Shown here in pieces: positions 6,651 through 15,268 of a stretch of DNA of 20,000 bases; the first letter of the stretch is position 1, and every line of letters starts with the position of its first letter. The notes under the pieces are model-generated. The model had not been told where the DNA came from. It was given only the letters and a program-made list of their open reading frames with translations, and searched no databases. Where the stretch lies: the NCBI GenBank assembly GCA_018675975.1, contig JABGXB010000003.1, positions 377,669 to 397,668 of the forward strand, in the 5' to 3' direction. The position numbers were made by a program, and so were the translations under genes. The DNA is from Candidatus Woesearchaeota archaeon (GTDB lineage Archaea > Nanobdellota > Nanobdellia > Woesearchaeales > JABGXB01).

Positions 6651-8978
6651 ATGGCCGACTTTAATTTTGATATTAATAAAGCATCAAATAAAATTCAAAA
6701 AGTAAATAACTATCCTTTTGAAATTATAAGAGAAGGTGAAGAAGTAATAGTTAGAATAGATTATGAAAAAGCACCCTTTACTCCATCAATTGAAGATTCT
6801 TCTGACTGCATGGCAAATGTAATAGAAATATTAGCAGGAGTTAAAAATGCCACAAAAATTTTATTTTTTCAAAAAAGAGATTATGAATATGATTATCAAA
6901 CGGTACATTATTTAACACAGGTAGCTAGTGTACACAATAATATTCAAAAAAATAAAGAATTATTTTCATATAATAATTTAGGACAAAAAAAAGAAGCAAG
7001 TGATTTTTATAATCAATGGTTTTACAATATTCAAAAAATAATTAATTCCAAAATAAAATCTGATCCAGTTGGAGCATATGTAGAATTAATTAGATTATTA
7101 AGACAAGAAGAAACAATATATGTAAACAGAATTGGAATTAGAAATACAATATTTAATCAAAATTACAAATATTTACTAAATTATATAAAAAAAGAATTAG
7201 AAAAAACAGATCTAATTCAAAGTTGTCAAAAAAAATTAGCAGGATATGATCCAAAATCCAGAACGTTCTATAGAGAAATATTCAAACCAACCATCAAACC
7301 AGATTTTATGTTCTCAAAATTAATGGGAAATTATCCAAAAGATGGAATTGAAGTTGAAAATTATATAATTGATAAAAATATTGATGTAAGTATATTTCAA
7401 TTTGAAGATTCTATAAAATATTTATATCATATCACACCACCTGAATTCAAATTAGATGAAGATAAATATGACTTATTAGATGTTGCTAGAAAAATAATGG
7501 CCGAACACAAACCAACAAAAGATGATTTTGTTCAACCCGAAAGATTAAGAGAAGTATTTAGCAATATTGGAATGGACTTAATAGAAGAACTTGCCAAATA
7601 TAAAAAAATAAAATTAAAAGAAGGTGAAACAAAATTATTATCAGAAATTCTAATAAGATATTCAGTTGGATTTGGACTATTAGAAGTACTATTAAAAGAT
7701 CCCAATATACAAGATATAGCAGTTAACTCACCACTTGGAAATTTACCAATATTTCTTGTACATTCAAAATTTGATGAATGTGAAACCAATATAATCCCAA
7801 TGAAAAATGAAGCAGATAATTGGGCCTCCAAATTAAGAATGATTTCTGGAAGACCATTAGATGAATCAAATCCAATTTTAGATACTGAATTAGAATTACC
7901 AGGAGTTAGTACAAGAGTTTCAGTAATATCACAACCGATTGACCCAACTGGACTAGCCTTTTCATTAAGAAAGCATAGACCAAAACCTTGGACATTACCA
8001 CTATTTGTAGAAAATGGAATGCTTACCTCTCTCGCAGCAGGATTTTTGAGTTTTTGTATTGATGGAACTAGATCAATGTTTATATGCGGAACAAGAGGAT
8101 CAGGTAAAACAAGTTTACTAAATTCAATTATAACAGAAATGACAAGAAGAAATAGAATTATTACAATTGAAGATACATTAGAACTCCCATTCACATCTTA
8201 TAGAAAATTAGGTTATAATATAGTTCAAATGAAAGTAAGTAGTGCACTCTCACAAAATAAAGGAGGAGAATTTACTGCAACTGAAGGTATAAGATCAACA
8301 TTAAGACTTGGAGATTCATCATTAATTGTAGGTGAAGTTAGAAGTAAAGAAGCTGTAGCACTTTTTGAAGCAATGAGAGTTGGTGCAGGTGCAAATGTAA
8401 CTGCAGGAACATTTCACGCAGATAATCCATTTGGTGTATTTGACAGAGTTGTAAATGCATTAAAAATTCCCCCAAGTTCATTTAAAGCATTAGATTTAAT
8501 TGTAATAGCAAATCCAATTAAAAGTGCTGATGGTATGAAAAAAGTAAGAAGAGTTACACAAATAACAGAAGTAAGAAAAGATTGGTATTCAGATCCACTA
8601 AAAGAAGGAGGATTTGTAGATTTGTTCAAATATGATTCTAAATTAGATAAATTAATTCCAACTGATGATTTATTAAATGGAAATAGTGAAATTTTAAAAA
8701 CAATTGCAAGTAAAATAAGTGATTTTGTTGGTAATTGGGATTTAATGTGGGAAAATATTCAATTAAGATCTAAAACCAAAGAAACACTTGTAAATTACTC
8801 AAAAAAAATAAATGACAAATCAATTCTTGAAGCAGATTTTGTAATAGAATCTAATGATAAATTACACAAAGTCATTCAAGAAGTGAAATTAAAAAAAGGA
8901 ATTATTGATTCCGAATTAGTTTTTGTAACGTGGGAAAATTGGCTAAGAAAAAAAATAAGATTAAAATATATTAAATAA
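6651..8978 (+). CDS. Type II/IV secretion (VirB11/TadA/FlaI-family) ATPase with long N-terminal extension
   Basis: Walker A GTRGSGKT, Asp box TIEDTLEL, Walker B LIVGEVR, His box GTFHA, and LLKDPNIQDIAVN. SD GGGGTGAG at 6633-6640. Confidence 0.93.
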   Translation: MADFNFDINKASNKIQKVNNYPFEIIREGEEVIVRIDYEKAPFTPSIEDSSDCMANVIEILAGVKNATKILFFQKRDYEYDYQTVHYLTQVASVHNNIQKNKELFSYNNLGQKKEASDFYNQWFYNIQKIINSKIKSDPVGAYVELIRLLRQEETIYVNRIGIRNTIFNQNYKYLLNYIKKELEKTDLIQSCQKKLAGYDPKSRTFYREIFKPTIKPDFMFSKLMGNYPKDGIEVENYIIDKNIDVSIFQFEDSIKYLYHITPPEFKLDEDKYDLLDVARKIMAEHKPTKDDFVQPERLREVFSNIGMDLIEELAKYKKIKLKEGETKLLSEILIRYSVGFGLLEVLLKDPNIQDIAVNSPLGNLPIFLVHSKFDECETNIIPMKNEADNWASKLRMISGRPLDESNPILDTELELPGVSTRVSVISQPIDPTGLAFSLRKHRPKPWTLPLFVENGMLTSLAAGFLSFCIDGTRSMFICGTRGSGKTSLLNSIITEMTRRNRIITIEDTLELPFTSYRKLGYNIVQMKVSSALSQNKGGEFTATEGIRSTLRLGDSSLIVGEVRSKEAVALFEAMRVGAGANVTAGTFHADNPFGVFDRVVNALKIPPSSFKALDLIVIANPIKSADGMKKVRRVTQITEVRKDWYSDPLKEGGFVDLFKYDSKLDKLIPTDDLLNGNSEILKTIASKISDFVGNWDLMWENIQLRSKTKETLVNYSKKINDKSILEADFVIESNDKLHKVIQEVKLKKGIIDSELVFVTWENWLRKKIRLKYIK

Positions 8979-11215
8979 TGGCAGGAATAAGTGTAGAAGA
9001 ATTAATGCAAAAGTATAAGAGTAAATTAGATTCAAATCTGACAAATGAAGAACAAAATCAAAAATCTGAATATATAAAATCAGTTGATTATGAAACATTT
9101 AAAAAAGACAACATCCCAAAATCATTTTCATATTATGAAAAAGCATGTAATTTTGCAAAAAAAATATTACCAATTGGAGTAGATAAAAAAACACAAGAAA
9201 AATATGAAAAAGCAATACATACTGCTCACCTAAATTTAGATTCAACAGGAATTGTAAGTTTAAGTTTATTAATACCATTTTTAGTATTATTATTAATAAT
9301 CCCAATTGGATTTCTATTAAATGATATTATATTTTTTACATTTGCAGCATTATTATGTGCAAGTGTAATTTATTTTTTATTAAACAAATTAATATTTAAC
9401 TTAGCCAGAAATTGGAGACAAGAAGCAGGGAATCAAATGGTGCTTTCAGTTTTTTATATGGTTACATATATGAGACAAAATTCTAATTTTGAAAATGCAT
9501 TATATTTTGCAGCAACACATATTGAAGGACCATTAGCACTAGATTTTAAAAAAATTATATGGGATGTACAAAGTGGAAAATATTTTACTTTAAATCAATC
9601 AATGGATGCATATTTAGAAACATGGCGTGACTATAATATGGAATTTATTGAAAGTGTACAATTAATACAATCATCACTTTTAGAAACTGATGAATCTAGA
9701 AGAGTTTTAATTTTAGAAAAATCATTATCAGTAATATTAGAAGAAACATATGAAAAAATGTTACATTACGCTCACGATTTACAAGGACCAATTCAAATTT
9801 TAAATATGCTTGGAATTGTTTTACCAATAATGGGATTAGTAATATTACCATTAGTTGTATCATTTTTTGAAAATGTACAATGGTATTATTTAGCTTTTGG
9901 ATATAATATTTTAATACCATTTGGAGTTTACATATTAGGAAATAGATTATTTGAAAAAAGACCAGTTGGTTATGGATCACAAGATTATTCTAAATATTTA
10001 GATGCAACCCCAGACAAAGTTTCATTTTTAAAAATATTTAAAAATATTTCATTAGTTGGAATATGTGTATTTGTTTTATTTTCAGGAATAATTTTTACAT
10101 TAATGCCACAAATAATTCATACAACAACATTAGTTGGTGCACAAGATCCTGACACAGGAGTTGAAGGCGTAACAATTTGGAGAAATGAATTTGGAGAAGT
10201 AGAAAATGATGACATTGAATTATATCCCTCCAATAATATAAAAAAAACAGGTATTTATTTATTAGAATATAAATCATCCACATCAACACCACCAAAATTA
10301 GTAGGGCCATATGGACTCGGTGCAAGCATATTCTCATTTGGATTACCAATTGGTTTAGCATTAGCAATTGGAATATTTTTTTATTTTAAAACAAGATATG
10401 TTGTAAAAATTAGAGATAATGCAAAAGTAGTTGAAAAAGAATTTTCATCAGCATTATTCCAATTAGGAAATAGATTAGGAGATGGAATTCCACTAGAAAT
10501 TGCATTTGCAAAAGTTTCCAATAATATGCGCGGGACTATAAGTGGAAAACTATTTCAAACAATTGCAACTAATGCAAGTGTCAGAGGACAAGATATAAAA
10601 ACAGCAATATTTGATAGAAAAACAGGAGCAATCAAAGAATTTCCATCTAATATAATTGAATCAAGTCTAAAAGTATTAGTTGAATCAGTAAGAAAAGGAC
10701 CAAAAATTGCATCAATTGCCATAATGAATATATCTACATATATTAAAGAAATACATAAAGTTCATGAAAGGCTAAGAGATTTATTAACAGAAGTAATTTC
10801 AGGAATGAAAAGTCAAACAAAATTCTTAGCCCCAGTTATCGCATCCATAGTAGTTGGAATAACTTCAATGATTAATGCAATCATTTCACAATTAAATAAT
10901 TCATTTCAAGAATTTAAAGGAGAAGGAACTAGTTCATTTGGTGCCGCAGGACAAGGAGATGCAATTAGTACATTCATTAAAGATGGACTCCCAACCTATT
11001 ATTTTCAAGTTATCGTAGGAATATATGTAGTTCAATTAATTTTCATTTTATCAGACATAATAAGCCAAATTGAAGACGGTAGTGATACGATATCACGCCA
11101 ATATAATATTGGACAGAATTTAATAAAAGGTGGAATAACCTATACAGTATTGTCTTCTACTATGATAATTATATTTAATATTGTAGCAATTATAGTTATA
11201 TCCCAAGTTGGATAG
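8978..11215 (+). CDS. TadC/FlaJ (GspF-like) membrane platform protein with two repeats
   Basis: TAATG overlap with the ATPase; two cytoplasmic GspF-like blocks (MVTYMRQNSNFENAL; ALFQLGNRLGDGIPLEIAF), each followed by TM helices. Confidence 0.85.
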   Translation: MAGISVEELMQKYKSKLDSNLTNEEQNQKSEYIKSVDYETFKKDNIPKSFSYYEKACNFAKKILPIGVDKKTQEKYEKAIHTAHLNLDSTGIVSLSLLIPFLVLLLIIPIGFLLNDIIFFTFAALLCASVIYFLLNKLIFNLARNWRQEAGNQMVLSVFYMVTYMRQNSNFENALYFAATHIEGPLALDFKKIIWDVQSGKYFTLNQSMDAYLETWRDYNMEFIESVQLIQSSLLETDESRRVLILEKSLSVILEETYEKMLHYAHDLQGPIQILNMLGIVLPIMGLVILPLVVSFFENVQWYYLAFGYNILIPFGVYILGNRLFEKRPVGYGSQDYSKYLDATPDKVSFLKIFKNISLVGICVFVLFSGIIFTLMPQIIHTTTLVGAQDPDTGVEGVTIWRNEFGEVENDDIELYPSNNIKKTGIYLLEYKSSTSTPPKLVGPYGLGASIFSFGLPIGLALAIGIFFYFKTRYVVKIRDNAKVVEKEFSSALFQLGNRLGDGIPLEIAFAKVSNNMRGTISGKLFQTIATNASVRGQDIKTAIFDRKTGAIKEFPSNIIESSLKVLVESVRKGPKIASIAIMNISTYIKEIHKVHERLRDLLTEVISGMKSQTKFLAPVIASIVVGITSMINAIISQLNNSFQEFKGEGTSSFGAAGQGDAISTFIKDGLPTYYFQVIVGIYVVQLIFILSDIISQIEDGSDTISRQYNIGQNLIKGGITYTVLSSTMIIIFNIVAIIVISQVG

Positions 11216-11698
11216 CTAAAGAAAACGGTCAGATTTTTTTTTTTTTTTTGGTTTTTTAGGATTTTTATTTCTCTGTTTCATTGAAACTAAAACATCATCA
11301 TATTTTATTATATTTGCCTTTAATTTTTCTAACTCTTTTAATGCACTTTTAACTATTATTTCTTTAATTACTTTTACTTCTTTTTTTGAAATAAATTCCT
11401 CTTTTAATAATCGATCATCATTAACAAAGTTAGTTTCTTCTACAATATAAATAGAAGCTACATTATCTAAAAGTTTTAATTTACCTTTTTCTAATTCATC
11501 AATATAAAATTCTTTTTCTTTAGTTTTAGTATTACAATGATAACCAACAGCAATATCATTACCAGTTCCATAAGCCATTGAAAGTGCAAACATAATATCA
11601 TTAGTTGCAAAAACAGCTTTTTCACCATCCATTGCATTATGTGAAAATGGTTTTAATACTTTTAAACCAGAGATTTTAGATACATGATATAATACCAC
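11216..11698 (-). CDS. Hypothetical protein, possible ADP-ribosyltransferase-like (Arr-like) fold
   Basis: GTG start with TATA-like TTTTTATAAG at 11720-11729. LYHVS, VFAT and IYIVE..FVND resemble strands of His-type ART folds. The CDS is well supported; the function is tentative. Confidence 0.6.
   Translation of the reverse strand: MVLYHVSKISGLKVLKPFSHNAMDGEKAVFATNDIMFALSMAYGTGNDIAVGYHCNTKTKEKEFYIDELEKGKLKLLDNVASIYIVEETNFVNDDRLLKEEFISKKEVKVIKEIIVKSALKELEKLKANIIKYDDVLVSMKQRNKNPKKPKKKKKSDRFL
11234..11249 (+). repeat. T16 homopolymer (A16 encoding poly-Lys on the minus strand; possible oligo-T terminator of the pilus operon)
   Basis: 16 consecutive T beginning 19 nt after the tadC-like stop codon. 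Confidence 0.8.
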
Positions 11699-11749
11699 AT
11701 AATAAAAAGAAGTTTAATACTTATAAAAATATAATAAAAAATAAAAAAA

Positions 11750-11823
11750 TGGGTCCTCTGGGATTTGAACCCAGGACACACCGGTCTTCAGCCGGACGCT
11801 CTGCCAGTCTGAGCTAAGGACCC
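11750..11823 (-). tRNA. tRNA-Phe(GAA), intronless, CCA not encoded
   Basis: GGGTCCT-TA-GCTC-AGACTGGCA-GAGC-G-TCCGG-CTGAAGA-CCGGT-GTGTC-CTGGG-TTCAAAT-CCCAG-AGGACCC-A folds into a 74-nt cloverleaf and is followed by a T-run. Confidence 0.97.
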
Positions 11824-11847
11824 AATAAAACACAAAAATATAATTAG

Positions 11848-11855
11848 TTTATAAA
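11848..11855 (-). promoter_or_regulatory. TATA box of tRNA-Phe
   Basis: TTTATAAA 25-32 nt upstream of the mature tRNA 5' end. Confidence 0.6.
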
Positions 11856-11902
11856 ATTTATTGGCTTAAAAGTAATAAAAAATAATTAAAAAAAATTAAA
11901 AA

Positions 11903-12469
11903 TTAACGCCATACTAAATAAGGTAGAAAACTATTTTGAACAAAATTACTATTATCAAAATCTCTTAAACTTTTGTCTAATGCTAATTTTGCATTATTAG
12001 TTCCATAAAAACTAGTTAAAAAGCAATTAGAATTTCCATTTATAGTTTCTAAAAATTTCACTTTATAATCCAACTGCTCCCTTGAAGGAGTTCCACAAAT
12101 AATATTTACAAAATCATCTTTTTTTATCATCTTACATAAATGATTTATATGTTCATCAATTTGACTAAGATCATTATTTGCAGAAAAACCCATATATTTT
12201 AAACGCCTAGTCATAGATTCAAATTCAATACCCTTTTGAGCATAATCAGTTAATAAAAAAATTTCATCAACCATATCTTCATCTAATAAACTTATAGTAG
12301 TAACTTTTTTAGGATTATATTGTTTAATTTTCCACCAAAGTCCATTACCCTTTATATTTGATTCAAACATCATATACAATTTTTTAAATTCACATATTGA
12401 CGTAAAATCAACTCCTTCAAAAATACCACATTCTTTACTAGTTTCTATTCTTCCTTCATATTTTTCCAT
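11903..12469 (-). CDS. Hypothetical protein
   Basis: 188-aa ATG ORF, non-overlapping, no recognised motif. Confidence 0.65.
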   Translation of the reverse strand: MEKYEGRIETSKECGIFEGVDFTSICEFKKLYMMFESNIKGNGLWWKIKQYNPKKVTTISLLDEDMVDEIFLLTDYAQKGIEFESMTRRLKYMGFSANNDLSQIDEHINHLCKMIKKDDFVNIICGTPSREQLDYKVKFLETINGNSNCFLTSFYGTNNAKLALDKSLRDFDNSNFVQNSFLPYLVWR

Positions 12470-12498
12470 AATATCACTTAAAAGAATAAAACAAAAAG

Positions 12499-12533
12499 TT
12501 TATATAAAATCTAACTACTATAAAAATTAGTAG
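12499..12533 (+). promoter_or_regulatory. TATA box (TTTATATAAA, 12499-12508) followed by inverted repeat CTACTA-N7-TAGTAG (12515-12533)
   Basis: Directly visible between the divergent genes, immediately before the trmB ATG at 12537. Confidence 0.6.
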
Positions 12534-12536
12534 CAA

Positions 12537-13292
12537 ATGGAACAATTAATTGAATCATTAAAATCTGCAGGGTTAAATAATAGAGAAGCTATTACTTATT
12601 TAGATTTACAAGAATATGGAGAAAGTCAAACTGGTAATATTTGTAAAAGAACTAAAATTCCAAGTTCACAAATATATACAATATTAAATAATTTATTAGA
12701 AAAAGGACTTGTGAATTATAAAATAATAAATAATATTAAAATGTATAGAGCTTCAAATCCAGATACATTAGCAATATTATTTGAAGAAAAAGAAAATAGA
12801 ATTGAAGAAGAAAAAAATAAATTATTAAATTTTATATCCAAATTAAAACAAAAACCAGAAGGAATATCTAAATATAGTGATTATAAATATTTTTATGGAA
12901 TTCGAGGAATTAAATCTTTATATACAGAAATAATTAATTCATGGAAAAAAGGAGATGAATATTATATTGCCTCTGCACCATTAGAATCATTTAGTAAACT
13001 CGAAGGATTCTTTTTAGAAATAGTCCATAAAAAAAGAATAAAAGATAAAGTAAAATTAAAAATTCTATTAAATAAAAATAGTAAAAAATGGGGAGATATT
13101 AGAAAAAAAATGCCATTAACACAAGTTAAATATTTAGAAAGTGAAACAAAAACTGAATACGGTGTTGTAAATGAATATTTTTTTATAATTTCATATGGAA
13201 AACAACCATATGGACTTTTAATAAAAGATAAGAACTTTTCAGAAACATATAAAGCATTATTTGAAATGTTATGGAATAATGCAAAAAAATAA
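12537..13292 (+). CDS. TrmB-family transcriptional regulator
   Basis: wHTH GLNNREAITYLDL...IPSSQIYTILNNLLEKGLV...YRASNP, a coiled coil, then an effector-type domain (FYGIRGIK...FEMLWNNAK). Confidence 0.9.
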   Translation: MEQLIESLKSAGLNNREAITYLDLQEYGESQTGNICKRTKIPSSQIYTILNNLLEKGLVNYKIINNIKMYRASNPDTLAILFEEKENRIEEEKNKLLNFISKLKQKPEGISKYSDYKYFYGIRGIKSLYTEIINSWKKGDEYYIASAPLESFSKLEGFFLEIVHKKRIKDKVKLKILLNKNSKKWGDIRKKMPLTQVKYLESETKTEYGVVNEYFFIISYGKQPYGLLIKDKNFSETYKALFEMLWNNAKK

Positions 13293-13309
13293 TTAAAAAA
13301 AATTAAAAA

Positions 13310-13654
13310 TTAACGCATATCTTCTTCTTGTACTAAATCATCAGATTTACTTGAATCAGAAGAACTACCAGCTTGTCCTTTTTTTTCAATAGTTAAAATT
13401 CCAAACTTTCCTGCACTAATTTGTAATTGATTATTAAATGCACTACACCAGCCTTTTTCAATTTTAATAACATCGCCAACATTTACTTTGTCAACATCGT
13501 CATTCCATAATGTTATTTTAACTGAACCAGTATCATCTTTTCCAGTACAATTACATAATCGTCCAGAATGAAACTCTCTTGGTTCCTCTTTTTCAACCAC
13601 TTCTAATTCTATAAAGTCAATTGGTGCTTTATCTTTCAATTCATTTGTTTTCAT
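13310..13654 (-). CDS. Single-OB-fold ssDNA-binding protein (SSB/RPA)
   Basis: DDTGSVKITLWNDD...GDVIKIEKGW OB signature; Ser/acidic tail; ATGA overlap with glyS. Confidence 0.88.
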   Translation of the reverse strand: MKTNELKDKAPIDFIELEVVEKEEPREFHSGRLCNCTGKDDTGSVKITLWNDDVDKVNVGDVIKIEKGWCSAFNNQLQISAGKFGILTIEKKGQAGSSSDSSKSDDLVQEEDMR

Positions 13655-15162
13655 ATTAAATACTCTCCGTAATCTTTAAATGATTTTTTTTTATTAATTA
13701 AAAAATCTAAAATTTCTGACATTTTACCTATAGGAATTTTAATTTGACTTTCACTATCACGATCTCTTATTGTAATTGAATTTTTTTCAACAGAATCAAA
13801 ATCAATTGTAATACAAAAAGGAGTCCCAATTTCATCTTGCCTCAAATAACGTTTTCCAATAGAACCACCTTTATCATAATAACAAATATAATCATTTTTT
13901 AACTGACTATAAATTTCCTTTGATAAATTAATAATAGAATCCTTATTCATTAAAGGAAGTATAGCAATTTTTATTGGTGCAATATCATAGGGTATTTTTA
14001 ATATATTTTTACCTTCATTTTTATTATTAAAAGTTAAATAATTATCAAGTAAACAATATATTGGTCTATCTATACCAAATGCAATTTCAATTATGTGAGG
14101 TACAATTTTCTTACCATCATCACACACAGCTTCTAATTTTCTACCACTGTGTTTTGAATGTTGATTTAAATCATAATTTCCTCTATCATGAATACCACAA
14201 ACTTCAATCCAACCATGAGTATTTGTAAAAATCTCAATATCCCATGCATCGTTTGCATAAAATGCTTTTTCATTATCCAAATGTTGACGTAATCTAATTT
14301 TATCTGAATCAAATCCAAATGACAAAAATAAATCATAAGCCACATATAATGCCCAAGCATAAGCTTGACTTTTAATATTATTATTTTTTAAAACAGAATT
14401 AATTGTTAATAATGAAACTGCTTTTTTATTAATTTGATCATCTGCAGACCAAAAAGGTAATTTATTTTTACTAATACTATTAAATTTGTCAAAATTTATT
14501 TTATTATTAGCCTCAATAAATAATTGACCTTCTGCTTGAGTAAATTCTCTCATTCTTAATAAATGTTGACGAGGTGAAATTTCATTTCTAAATGCCTTAC
14601 CTATTTGAAATACACCAAATGGTAATTTATTTCTAAAATGTTCTAAATAATTTAAAAAAGGTAAATATGTAGATGTTGCAGTTTCTGGTCTATTATAAGC
14701 CAATTGAGAAACTCCTAATGTTGTTTTCATCATTAAAATATGTCTTTTAATTTCCAAAATTAATTCTTCACCATTAGGTGCAACAATTTTATTTTTTTTA
14801 ATAAAATCAATTAATTCATCATCACTCATATTTCCAGCATTCACATCAGGAAAATTTTCTTCAATTAATTTATCAACTCTAAAATTACTCTTAGAATTTT
14901 TTGTTACAATTAATGGATCTGAAAAATTACCAGCATGACCACTTGCAACCCAAACACTTTCTGGACTAACTATTGGACATTCAACTTCCCAAAAATCTGA
15001 AAATGAAAATGTTTTTCTAATTTTTGCTTCAATATTATTTTTTAATAACTTCCCATTAGGCCCATATTCATAAAAACCAGCTACACCACCATACAGTTCA
15101 GGACTAGGTCCCCATACAAACCCCCTAGATGACATATAATTAATTAATTGCTTTTGTTCCAT
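13651..15162 (-). CDS. glyS: Glycine--tRNA ligase (alpha2, archaeal/eukaryotic type)
   Basis: ELYGGVAGFYEYGP, RPETA, motif 2 FRNEISPR..LLRMREFTQAE, IEIAFGIDR, anticodon domain GSIGKRYLRQDEIGTPFCITID. Confidence 0.97.
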   Translation of the reverse strand: MEQKQLINYMSSRGFVWGPSPELYGGVAGFYEYGPNGKLLKNNIEAKIRKTFSFSDFWEVECPIVSPESVWVASGHAGNFSDPLIVTKNSKSNFRVDKLIEENFPDVNAGNMSDDELIDFIKKNKIVAPNGEELILEIKRHILMMKTTLGVSQLAYNRPETATSTYLPFLNYLEHFRNKLPFGVFQIGKAFRNEISPRQHLLRMREFTQAEGQLFIEANNKINFDKFNSISKNKLPFWSADDQINKKAVSLLTINSVLKNNNIKSQAYAWALYVAYDLFLSFGFDSDKIRLRQHLDNEKAFYANDAWDIEIFTNTHGWIEVCGIHDRGNYDLNQHSKHSGRKLEAVCDDGKKIVPHIIEIAFGIDRPIYCLLDNYLTFNNKNEGKNILKIPYDIAPIKIAILPLMNKDSIINLSKEIYSQLKNDYICYYDKGGSIGKRYLRQDEIGTPFCITIDFDSVEKNSITIRDRDSESQIKIPIGKMSEILDFLINKKKSFKDYGEYLI

Positions 15163-15268
15163 AACAAACCAGAATTGTAAAACATTATAAATTTTTGCAA
15201 AAATAAAAGAATTTAGTATTTAAATAAGAGTGACATAAACTTATAAAATAAAATTATAAGAAATTAAT

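Noticed and set aside
7532..8194. 220-aa minus-strand ORF (also 8414..8629)
   Set aside because: Antisense shadow of the well-supported ATPase; Ser/Ile/Phe-rich with no motifs.
9099..10367. Minus-strand ORFs 9099..9305, 9696..9980 and 10095..10367
   Set aside because: Antisense shadows of the TadC/FlaJ-like gene.
6651..11215. Calling the locus an archaellum (flaI/flaJ)
   Set aside because: No archaellin, FlaH, FlaF or FlaG is recognisable, so only a family-level call is justified.
11216..12469. Integrated element at tRNA-Phe
   Set aside because: No integrase and no duplicated tRNA 3' end (att site) seen in the window.
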